DNA from: Macrostomum lignano
Lineage: Eukaryota
Assembly (NCBI GenBank): GCA_002269645.1
Contig: NIVC01003721.1
Location: 62,001-126,000 of the forward strand
Direction of reading: 5' to 3'
Length of the DNA stretch: 64,000 bases
Of this stretch, positions 11,801 to 23,800 are shown in pieces. The translations under genes were made by a program, and so were the position numbers. The notes beneath the pieces were generated by a model. It was not told the DNA's origin. It ran no database searches and saw nothing but the letters and a program-made list of their open reading frames with translations. Each line of letters opens with the position of its first letter. The first letter of the stretch is position 1.

Positions 11801-14800
11801 TCAGCCTTACCAGTTTGTGATTATCAGCAAAGACAAAAGAACTGTAATTTAAAATTTGCTATTAAAAGATGTCGATAAACTTTGCAGGTGAGTCAACTAC
11901 AGGCAACAGCACTCTCACAACTTCCTTCCTTGATAAGCGCTACATTAACACTAATGAAGAGATCCCAGAGATCAAACTGAATAAAAACAGACTGAAACAA
12001 TTAGAGCGCTCCATGCACCAGTTGCAAATAAACATGGAAGATCTCAGGCTTAAAGTAGCTAGGCAGAAGTTTGAAAGTGATAAGCTTTATGTGCCGTTGT
12101 TAAACGCAACTAATGAACTAAGGTCAGAAATAACTTCGATAGTCTCGCTAATCAACGGCTTGAGATCATCAGTTAATCTTCTGGGAAATTCCACTGATAG
12201 ACGAATGCGTATTCTCGAAGGAGGAGTTTTCACAAACACAGCTAAAGTAAATAATTTAGAAGAGTTCATGAACCAGTCAACAGCGTTGCATGATAGAATT
12301 AAAGAAAACGTCGCAACCAACACAGTTAAAGTCAATAATTTAGAAGAGTTCATGACTCAGTCAACATCGTTGCATGATAGAATTAAAGAAAGACTTGATG
12401 CATTAGAGAGAAACGATGTATCACACAGTAGCTATCTAAACGGAATGTATAGCTCTTGGGGTAAAATAATAAGGAGGCTTGATCGTCTGGAGAGAACACT
12501 CAATCTTCGTGATATTGCTATTGATGAAGCAGAATCTGCTGCTCGTCCGGTCATGTCTACAGATCGAGTAGAAGGAGCTCTGGACCCCGACGGAGTAATC
12601 CGGCACGCTCTCAAACGTCAGCCGCCCAGCCGCTGCCTGCTGGACTCGCGATCCTCCAGCGTCAAGAGAGCCGCCTAGACAACCGGCGGTGCAGATGGAA
12701 TTATCAAAAAGAAAACAGATCTTTCAACCGGATAGTTTTATAATTTTTATTATTTTTTCTAGAGAAAAAAATGGCCCAACAAAATTCTCTATACGATCAG
12801 TCTCAATATGCTGAACCTAAAATACCGACAGCACCAAACTCAATGGCACCGAATTCGAACACACAAAACCTGGCACCGAATCTGAATGCATCGAATCTGA
12901 ATGCACCCAATATGAGCAACAAAAACTCTACCCGTCATTACTTGTAACTCTCAACAGTTTCGACTGGTGGAGATTCAAAAAATGCGCGATGATCTTGAAA
13001 AAAATATTTTCCACAACACAAAGAAAATTAAGCGCTATGACAACCACTGTAAATTTTTCGACTACAGCAATATATTCTAGGATCTGTGTCTGTTCTATCT
13101 GGATCTGCTGCAGCTGTCTCAGTGTTGCCAGCCATCACAGCCCCAATCGCAATTCCACTTGGTTCAGTAGGTGCTGCATGTGGACTTATTTCAGCAATTA
13201 CTGGAGCAGTAGCGCGAAACAGGCGAAAAAAACTAAAGCAGCTACAGGAGAAGCAAGTAAAAGAGAAAGGGTGCACACTTCAATCATAGGGTACATTTCA
13301 AGGGCAATCGAGGATAAGTTCATTTCAGAGGATGAGTTCAAAACCATTCAGGATCTTTATGAACAATCAATTCGAATGAACTTGAACATGGTCGGTACTG
13401 ATGACATGAGTCAGCTGAAAATGAACTCGAGAAAGTTTTCAACATTATGTGGAAAGAAAGTCGGCGAAAAATTCGGCAAGAAATTCGGCAAGAAGGACGA
13501 CGAGAATGCACAATGAACCCTATGAAACACAGCCAAGAATAATTTCCTTGTAGGTCTTTCGTGTTTTGGTCATTGCATACAAAACAGTCATGCACAGCTC
13601 ACCGCAAATATCACTGCTAAGACCTTGGAGAATAAAGTCTGAGCGATAAATTTTTTTATTTTTTTCCCCTTCATATAATTTCTTAGCTCTTCTGGTACTG
13701 CCGTCCCATAGCTATCGAAGTAATAACACTTGTGCTTGCGATCGGATCAATCACCCAGCAAACCCAATGAGATCCTGGCTTATCGGTGGTGTCAAAGTTC
13801 ATGATGCCGCATTCCTTTCTTAGAGGAAAATCGGGCAGAGTGTCCCTCATAAATATTCCTCTAAAGTTTGGGATTTCCAGTTCGTTAGCCAAATCTTCAA
13901 GAAAGTTATTTGTCGTCATTTTTTTATGAGGTTTATTAAACTTTCTCTTAAACCTAAACCCAATCTCCTAATCTCCTAATCTCCAGTGCCCGAATCTAAC
14001 TTCCACCTCCTAAGCCTAATCTCCAATGCCCGAACGGTAGACTGTTAATGTTGTCATCAAAAATGAATCTCTTGTTATCTGCACCTGACAGTCCAATCTT
14101 CTTTTGCTGAATTGTGTGAATAATATGGTTTTTAGATTGTAGCTTTGAGAACTCATGTGATGTCTTTTTGTTGCAATTCAAGGCGTCTCTGTATTCAGCT
14201 TCATTAATTTCCTTCCTAACTACACGTTTCGGAATTCCCTTTGATTTTTTGATTGGGTCTGACGACTCACATTTTATAAAATAGGACTTTGCTCTCAACC
14301 CAATGAATTCAGTGATTATGTCACCAGCAATCTCGTCCTTCATTTTCCCAATCACTTTCTTGTTAGTGGCGTCAAACACTTGATCGCCATTCTGTGTCCT
14401 GCAAGATTCATCATACTCAGACAAGTCAAACAAATCTTTTTGCTGCAGCATGTCCTGATAAATGTCTTGTTTGAATGTCCATAATAAAACTGTCTGTGTC
14501 GTGTACAAGAGTTTCATTTTATCCTTGTACTGCTGCTTCATGCCATAGAAGAACTGGTACATCAGACGTTTTGATTCGTCGAGAACAGTGACACCTGTAT
14601 AGATCGGCTTGCGCAGCGTCACCTTGGTTTTGTAAAATATGATCACACCTAAGTAGCTATTAAAGATATGGAGTTCTTTGAATGTTGGCTTTGACATATT
14701 TGCCTGAATAACAGCAGGCTCTGATGAGGTAACAAGTTTCAGGTTTGTTCTTTTCCGCTCATTCTCAAGAGTCTTGCCATAGACAGAGTTGTTGGCCAAC

Positions 14801-17800
14801 TTAAAGAGGTTCTTGTCAAAGTCGTTGGTTGCTTTGGTCCTAAACTGGGTGTTCTTATCAATGTAGGGTTTCATCCACGCTTCCTCTGTAAATGTAAGAG
14901 CCCGGTGAACTTTGGTGACCCTGCAACCAAGTGAGATAAAATACTGAAGCAGTTTGTAATGGATTTTGTAACGTGTCTTGTTGTTTAGATTCTGTGTTAG
15001 TTTCTCTGTATGTTCTTTTTCTGTTCCTGACAGGCCAAGTTCCATTATTATCATTGGGAGTTTCGATTATTTTCGGGCACTTGATGTTCTCTGGGAAGGG
15101 TGGAAAGTCAGAGAAATAGTCGTGAAGCTCTGGTGGAATGTAAACATCAACTTCATAAATGGCAGCCAATGAAAAGTCCCGTTTGAATTCTGATGAGGGT
15201 AACCATCGAAAATCTCTAACTGGAAGATCTTGACTCATCGCCCACCCGTAGAGATTATTAGCGTCCAAGTAAGTAATGTAGTTTGAGGGCTGCTCCTTAT
15301 TGTAAGATTCAATGTAGGGATTGTTTGCTTTTGCATATCTAGTGCAAATTGAGATCCCCCTCGCTTTGATGATTCGACAAAATTGTACATGTCAATGTCT
15401 GTAAGAAGTTCAATGTACCAATCTGGATCTTGATCCCATTTCATTTAAGCAAAGATTCCCAGCTAGTGGCAGGCAGAGACACATAATGTGCTGGATCGAG
15501 GCCATATGCTGTGTACCAGGTATATCTGAAGGTTTCAAACACATCGCGCCAGCAGAAACACATCTGTGAAGAGGTAAAGCAGGTGATACTGGAAGAAGTT
15601 TTGACAATTAAAGTAATTATAGACATGCTTCGCGTGCTCATAGTCTTTGTCAGAGATTCCAGAGTCTGTTAGCTTTGAAAAGAACTTCTCCTGTGGTGGT
15701 AAACCTTCTTCAAATACGTGATACCCAGTAATATTTTCATAGGGGTAGAAGCCTTTGTTCTCAGGAGTTTAAATGATTCATCACTGTTGTTAATTTTACT
15801 TGCAAACATCTTTGTATATGTACATTGTTCATCTTTTAGATTCTTGCTTAGTTCGTCTAGACTGGCAGCTAGAAATTGATATGAATCCTTCAGTCTTATT
15901 TTACCTTACCCGAATTATCCTGTTTAATATCAACACACTTAAACTTCTCCTTGTTCTCTGCGATGCAGTCAAGGTGTATGTCTGGAATCATGCCGATTTT
16001 TTCAACTATTAAATGCATGTCATAGTTCTTTGCGTTGTGACAAAATATCGTTAGATCATGAATGTTCGATTTTAGCTTTAGATTACAGGTGTTATGCGCT
16101 GCACCTCTAAATTTCCCAGTAAAGTGGCAGTGGTCCCTAACGGTGGGGTTTTTAATATCAGTGCAAGTTAAATGTTTCCTGCAGATGTGGCAATGAGTTG
16201 CTGATAGGAAATTGCTTTCATCCTCCTCAGTCATCATTATTGAACAGGTTGAAGGGTGCTAATCACTTTTTGCAACTCTAACATTCTGGCAATAAACTGC
16301 TCCACACACTGCTCTCCAAAGAAATAATTATACTCAACAAGTCCTTTTGTATTAATAAAGGCATATGCTACTGAATTGGGGACATTTTTGAGTTTGAGTT
16401 TGTTTTTGAGTTTCTGGCATGATTGAGCATTCGAAATCAGCATATACAACAAATGGGAGCTTCTCCATCTTGTGATAGTTCTTAAACCGGAGATACTTCT
16501 CTTCAGCTGAAGGAAGAGAGCAGTTTGTCGGGTGATCCTCGCATGATAATTCATGCTCTGTTAGTTTTCAAAGCGTTCAGGTCCACTGTAATGCTTAAGG
16601 CACAAGCGGCAGATGGCAACAGCCTCGTGATGATATTCAACTGCTTGTGAATGAGTCTTGAAAGATCTTTAATCCAAACATAGTGAGCCTCCTCTAGTAA
16701 ATTACCAATCACTAGAAGATCCACTTCATCCGCCTTTTCCCCTCAGGATCTAAAACGTCTTTGCTACATCTGACCGGTTGAACTTCTCAGTTTTTTCACT
16801 CCACTCAAAGACTGTGATTCTAATTTTGTTATTAAACACTTCTTCTAGCTTTGGGATCTGAGAGATCGCCAAGCCTCCTTTGTCAAACCTGATTCCCTTC
16901 TTTTCGCATTCGATGAGATAGTAGTTGAAATAATTTGATAATTTGAGGTTCTTTCGGGTGGTGAGGACACTAATAGTGCAGAAAGAACTGCCCATAGAGC
17001 ACAGCAATTGTCTTTATTTTTAACATTTATGCAGCTTTTTTGCCGGCTAGCTTATGCGGGGAGCTCTATATAAGAGGAGGCTTTAAGTGGGTCATATTTC
17101 ATGACCATGACGTCGCTCTTTGAATCCCTCCCACGACCCATCCGGAACCTCTGGATGTAAACGCTTCAATTTTCTTAGTGACATCTTGAAGGAAAGGATC
17201 CAGTGTGTCAGTAGGGGTGAATGGTTTTGCCTTTGTTGTCATGTAATACTCGAGATGCTCAGTGGGTTTGCAGGCATATAAAACGCAATCTTGAATGATA
17301 TCTGTAGTTTAAAGTCTTGCGTGTTTTGAGTGTGTGATCAACAACTGATTGGATGCTGTCTTTATAGTCGTAGATGTTTGCGGTGGTATCCTTAATTGGG
17401 ATTGTGTACTCTATGTAATGTTCTGTAAACTTCCTCTGTGCAAAATTAATCTCTTCAATGGCAAGCTCCGACTCTTTTAAATGGATTAATTGCTCTAATT
17501 TCTCTTGTTCCTGCTTATTTTGTGGGTACTTTGCTTTTTCACCAGTGAGAGTTTCGTATTTGTTAACTAAGTTGCGACTCCTCTCTTGGTGTTCCTTTGC
17601 AGAATTTTTTATAGGCGCATACTGGTTGGATTCTAATTGATTGATGATTTCCAACTGTTTTTCATAGCTTCCCAGGTGACCAGGGTCGGTGTTAAACTTT
17701 GTTGTATGCTTCTCTTAGTGAATTACTTTTGTCTTGAAATGACGCCTTTTGAAAAATATTTGTTGACTAAATCTTTGCTGGATTAGCTTTTGCATTTTTC

Positions 17801-20800
17801 TCTAAAATAAAAAAAAATTTTGAGGGTGACCACCCTGATAGAAAAGTTGAACTGTTTCTACATCCTATCAGTAGTATTAGGTTTATGAAGCTGATAAATG
17901 GGGTTTTAAACCTCATCACATGCGCATTATTGTAAACCCAGCATTGTGCAGTGTCATGATGGCTTTGACAATGTCAGACTTGCTTACAGAATTTTCAATG
18001 CTCAAAATCATCACGATCGGGCAGCCTCAGGGACCTCTCCTGCCTTAATTGTTATACCTTTGTCTCTTGCAATCTTTGCAATTCAAGCTGGTGGGCTCTA
18101 TCATTCCCAGCTTTAACAGCAGTTGCTACACCTCCAGCTACACCACCTGCGGCACTTACAGCGCCTGCAATGATTCGGAATAAGAGCTGCTAATGGTAGG
18201 ATTCCTCCTGACTTTTCATCTGTGATGCTGTGTCTTTGCTCATTACACTGAACTTTGCTGCACGGGATCGATTTTTACTTTGGCACCTTTAATTGATATA
18301 AGACTGGTTCTTTGATTCAATGATTTTATTGAGTTTATTGATGGTTCTGGTTTCAATCTTTGTCATTTTTATTTTAATATTTTAATTAATTTCTGTGTCA
18401 GCCGGTATCACTAGGAGTTCAGCTCTAGTGAATGACCGCGTGGGGATTTAGGGTTAAAGGCTGAGATAAAAAGTAATAGTCACCAGAGTCGGAGGTAAAA
18501 TGTCTGTCTATTTTATGTACATCAAGGCTGAAGTATGGATCTGTAGCTCTTCTTTTAGTGTTTTCTCTAGCTCTCCAGTAGATATAAAAAGCGTAGAAAC
18601 TCAGAGTTTGTCAGTATATATGGTGATTCAACTCCTGGAAGCTTAGGGTAGTTCGAGGTGTCTGTTCTATGAGATGCCTTAAGTTCGACAGTGTCTTGTT
18701 TAATTGCATGGGACGGTTTCAATCCAGTCATACGTGTGACTTCATTGTTCAGTTGCTCTATAACAGTGGGGAGCCGGTCTGTCCATTTTGAATAGTACTG
18801 ACCACTTTTTAGTTTCAGCTCCTCAGCTGTCTGCTAGTGAATAGCCTCTTGGCTAGAGTTAGATTGAATCTCTCAACGTACGCTTGGTCTCTGTGCAAGT
18901 TTGTTCTGCCATAGCGAATCTCTGTGTCATGCTTATGTAGAAGTGATTTCACTGCACCCATGAATTCTTTGCCAGGATCAGTCATAAAGGTTTCAGGGTA
19001 GCTAAGGGGTGAGTTTTTATAAATATCTTGGAGGGCGGCTGCAACTGCTTCTGACTTCTTCGTCTTGAGTGGGCGAGCTTCCTTATATCTGGAAGCAACG
19101 TCTGTAATTGTAAGAGCATACTTGTAGCCCGAGTCATTGGGGAGAAACAGAAGATCTGCTTGATGCGCCTCATTAGGTTTATAAATACTGAAATGGGGCC
19201 TTTCAAATTTTACTGGTGGGAAATAGACTTGAAAGACAGCCTGCTTAGAGAGCCATTTTTCTACTGTAGCTTTTGGTTCCTTACTCAGCTCCATGAGTTT
19301 ACTAACGGCATTTTTTGCCTACAAAGAATCCTTTGTCGCTGTAGTAGAGTTTTTTAAGTTTCTGATCTGTCATTTTTTTAAAAAGAAAATTTAAAATAAA
19401 ATAATGCAACGCTCTGGTGGTAAGTTAGATTCACATGGACTGATAGAAAAGCTTCCTCATCCAAACAAAGGCTGGACACTTCCCGGCTATAAATATTGCG
19501 GGCCTTTGAATCCACTTGAAATACAGTTAGATACAAACGATAATCCAAATCCTGGGCATGAGCCTGTGAACGAGCTAGACTCTGTCTGCATGTGGCACGA
19601 TGTTAAATATAGGGATTTTCCTGAGGAGAAGAATCGCTGGGACAAAGAAATGCTTAGAAGACTAGACAATATAGGGGCTTCAAGCGGATTTCGTGAGTCG
19701 ATCGCTCGGAAGCTAGTTAAAGCTGTTATTTTTAGTAAGGCAAAACTGGGGTTGGGGGTTGAAGGCGAGGGTGGGTGCTTGGGGAGAGAGGGCTGGTGCA
19801 CGAGGAGAGAGGGCGGAGGCTCAGGAGCGGGGTTTATTTTGTGCGCTCCTAACAAGAAATTGGGAAGACTGCTGAAAGAGCTGGGGGTAGAGAGAGACGC
19901 TTGAGTCGGGAAGGGCATGAGCAAGTGTGGATTTGAGTAAGTACAGTTTTTTATTCCCTAAAGAGTTGCGCACAAGAGAGATTCTCATTCTTCAGAGAGC
20001 TAAGAGCAGAAAATGAAAAAAAAGTCAACCGCTTCACCGCCATTGGCATGCATGGACTGCTTGGGATTCCTTGATTGATATTGATTATTGGCCAAATTGC
20101 GAGGCCAGTTGGCCCGCCGAGTTGGCCTCGGCCCGCCGATTTGGCCTCGGAATGTGGCCCGCTTTGTTGGTCTATACGGTATGAAGATATGGGGGGGGTA
20201 GAGAGGGGCGCTTGAGTCGGGAAGGGTTTAACTATTATTCTCAACCCTGGCCAAACGCGACAGCTGCATTTGAAATGTTGAGAAGCAGAAGGGGGGTGGG
20301 GTAACTGCTATTGCTGAGGGGGGGGGGCGTAGCCCTCTAATCGATTTTGCGAATGTACAAGTTCCACGTGTGCATTCCTTTCCGCTTTGACAACCGGAGG
20401 GAAGGAAGCGGGTGGAGGGAATTGATCGCTCGGAAGCTAGTTAAAGCAAGCAAGAAAATTCAGCTCATTTTGCTCGCACACGTTCTTCGTCGCGCAATAC
20501 TGCACCGTTGTGGCTGCTGATTTCATTATGTTGTAAGTTTATTCATTTTTTACTTACTGAAATTCTATACTGTGTTAAGAATTGAAAAATCTCTTATTTT
20601 GATTAAATCTTTGTTTTTAGTTCACAAAAAATTACGTTCTACTCGACCGACCTAGAAAATCTCCATGGTCGCCTTGTTGAAGGATTAGATGCCAACGAAC
20701 CGGCATCAGAGAGAATTCAAGAAGTTCTCCATCATTTCTTCAATGAAAAAGTTGAGAACCAGCGAATTTGTTCAAGAGCGGCCATGGAGACCCAGGATAA

Positions 20801-23800
20801 CAACTACGCCATGAGAACCGAAATGGTGTTTGACGAACTTCGCCGATCATTTGTTGCTGATGAAGATTCACTTCTTAGTTATCAACAAATTTTTTCCAGG
20901 ATTTTATCAATGTAAGCTACTGATAGTAGTCTTCTAAACACTTTCCTGGATCTCCAAGATTTTTTTCCAGGATTTTTTTTAAACTCGTGCCAATTCCTGA
21001 CAATACAGGAATTCCTGACAATACAGGAAAGTCTTTTACTGGATTTTTTCCAGGATTTTATCAATGTAAGCTACTCATAGTAGTCTTCTAAACGCTTTCC
21101 TGTATCTCCAAGATTTTTTTTAAACTCGTGCCAATTCCTGACAATACAGGAATTCCTGACAATACAGGAAAGTCTTTTACTGGATTTTTTTCCAGGATTT
21201 TATCAATGTAAGCTACTCATAGTAGTCTTCTAAACACTTTCCTGTATCTCCAGGAATTTTTTAAAACTCGTGTCAATTCCTGACAATACAGGAATTCCTG
21301 ACAATACAGGAAAGTCTTTTACTGGATTTTTTTCCAGGATTTTATCAATGTAAGCTACTCATAGTAGTCTTCTAAACACTTTCCTGTATCTCCAGGATTT
21401 TTTTTAAACTCGTGCCAATTCCTGACAATACAGGAATTCCTGACAATACAGGAAAGTGCTGTTCACAAAATGACTGGGAGGAAAATCAATATTATTCTGG
21501 ATCCGAAGAATATCGATTTTGGATTGTGTGAGGATCTACAATATCTTGTTCTTTCTCTACCTTATTCATTTCCAGCCTTGCAACTAAGCTTGCGCGTCGC
21601 GGACCAGCATTAGCTGGGGTAATTGGGGGTGTGTGGCGACTCCCCCAGTCCTTGGACTGAACAGCCGTACGCAGCCTTCAGATCTGCTCTTTCCTCCTTT
21701 CCTTTCCTTTGTTTTATGTAAATATACTTGTGAATAAATGAACTCAGTATGTTTTTTAGTAAGCTTTTGTGTTTGCTTTTCGATTTCTTCTGTTGCTGGA
21801 GGACAGATGGTGGTAGAGAAACCAAATCCAGTGAAAAGAGTTGTATTGAGTAATAAGGAGATTCACGAGATTGTGCTACAGTTTGAGACTGAAGATGGGA
21901 TGGGTGTTGATTTCAACGGTGAAGAGTTTGTATTGACGTTGATCATTGAGAGAATGTAAGAAATCACAATTGCTTAATGATTTCTGCAAAGTTATAGTAG
22001 CTGTCATAATCTTTTACATAGGTTACTCCATACTTATGAAACCAATGTCTTTGGAGAGCTAGATTAATATTAGGGGCATTGATATCAACATCGGGCCAAT
22101 ATTTTCTCATGTACTCGCTGCATTCTAGTTTGCATCGGTACTTACTCTTGTAATTAGGCTCGTGCGCTTTGTAATAAGAACCTGGAGAGACAACTGGAAA
22201 CATTTTTATTGAGAATTTAATTTTTTCAAAGGGTGAGGACTCTGCGCTGATGATTTAAAGTCTTAGGGATGTGGTAGCACGTTGCGGATTGAATGTGTGG
22301 AGAAGAATGCAGATTATTTTCTGATTGTTTTAGAAATGTTATGGGTGGATGTCAGTGGATTATGTCAGAGTCAGTGAACATAACAGGTATCAGTGGACAC
22401 CTGCTCTGATTCTGTCAGGGATAATATGGATGGATTTAATACGATTATGTTCGAAGTTTTCGGAGCAAGTGCGACCCCTCCACTTTTTCATGATTCTGTC
22501 GGGATAATATGGATGGATTTAATGGGATTATGGAGGACGTTTTGTGAGCGAGTGCGACCCCCCTTTTTTTCTGATTCTGTCAGGGATAATATAGATGGAT
22601 TTAATGGGATTATGGAGGAAGTGAAAAATTTTGTCCCAGAAGCCCCCTCATGCCTTCTACTCTAGAACTATATAACTTTTGATATTTCCCGGGCTAAAAC
22701 TACTAATAGTAACGTAAATTCATGTCTGAATTTTCGTCCTATCTTACGGGTTCCCATGTCGCAGAAATCCATCTCGACAACCTTGATCTCTTGAGTTCTC
22801 GACAATGCCTGTCGTATGTACTGTAGTGTCAGACAGTCTTACGCCCGAGCACTGTAACCTGATTGCAGCTTCACTACCAGTTTGCTCCCGTGCGAAACGC
22901 CAACGGCTTTGCGCTGAAAGAGGGCCACGGCTACATGGTAGACTGGGTCAACGTCCCGCCGCACGAGAGCTCGACTGACTTTTTCAAACGCCGACCGGAT
23001 CTCAGCAAGCACCTTGACCTAGTTAATGAGGAGAGAGAGTTGGCTACCGGTGAAGGTAGGCAGGCCCTGTACAATGGTGAGGGCGCGGTCCAGCTTATCA
23101 TTGTGTCCAAGGACGCCTGGTACAACAAAGGCATAAGCTCAACGCTGAGAAAAGTGGACACCGTCCATGATCTTATAAAAAACAACTGGAATTTGACGGA
23201 TGTAAGAACTCATTATTCTTATAGTCTCTATTTTATCCAATGCCTGGCATGATCCTGAACAAACTTTTACTCCAGTTCCTCTTGCTCAACTGGGGCAACC
23301 TGCAATACTGGCTTGGCGACCTGGGCTACCTGGCCAAGGGCGAGAAAGTGTTCATACAGAGCGGCCACCCCGACGTGCTGATTGGCGTCTGCCGGCATTT
23401 GCAAACTGGCAAGTTCTACGTGTGGAACGAGATGAAGACGGCCGAGCCAGAGAGTCTGCAGTCTGTGCAGTCTCGCTGGGTAAGCGCATGGGCCAAGGGT
23501 CGGCAAACTTTTTACCTCGATGTCCAGATAGAGAAACCAGCGCATGACTACGGGCCAGAGGGGGAAGAGGAGAGAGAAGAGAGATAGAAGAAGAGAGAAT
23601 AAATAAGAGGAGGTGAAGAAATCGAAGAGATGAGAGGAGTGAAGGGAGAGCAGAAGAGAGGACAGAAGAGAAGGAAAGCAGAGAGGAGATGGATGATTAG
23701 AGAGTAGGGAGCTGAGAAGAGGCACAAACCCTAAGCGGGCCGGATTTCTATTCTGAAGTTTCAAAGGACCTCTCTTGGATAGAGAGGCTTTGTGGGCCGC

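Larger units (their letters stand above)
6345..22661. mobile_element. Full-length Polinton/Maverick (adintovirus-like) endogenous virus, 16,317 bp
   Basis: Ends AGTAGAAGGC… and …GCCTTCTACT; 6-bp TSD CTAGAA at 6339-6344 and 22662-22667; 873-bp TIRs; carries pPolB, integrase, packaging ATPase, cysteine protease and two capsid genes. Confidence 0.97.
21789..22661 (-). repeat. Right TIR (873 bp)
   Basis: Reverse complement of 6345-7217; followed by the TSD CTAGAA. Confidence 0.95.

Noticed and set aside
21430-21612. Coding-looking sequence after the 141-bp array as exon 3 of the spliced ORF
   Set aside because: Two frames look equally plausible and depend on homopolymer length; it cannot be resolved from sequence alone.
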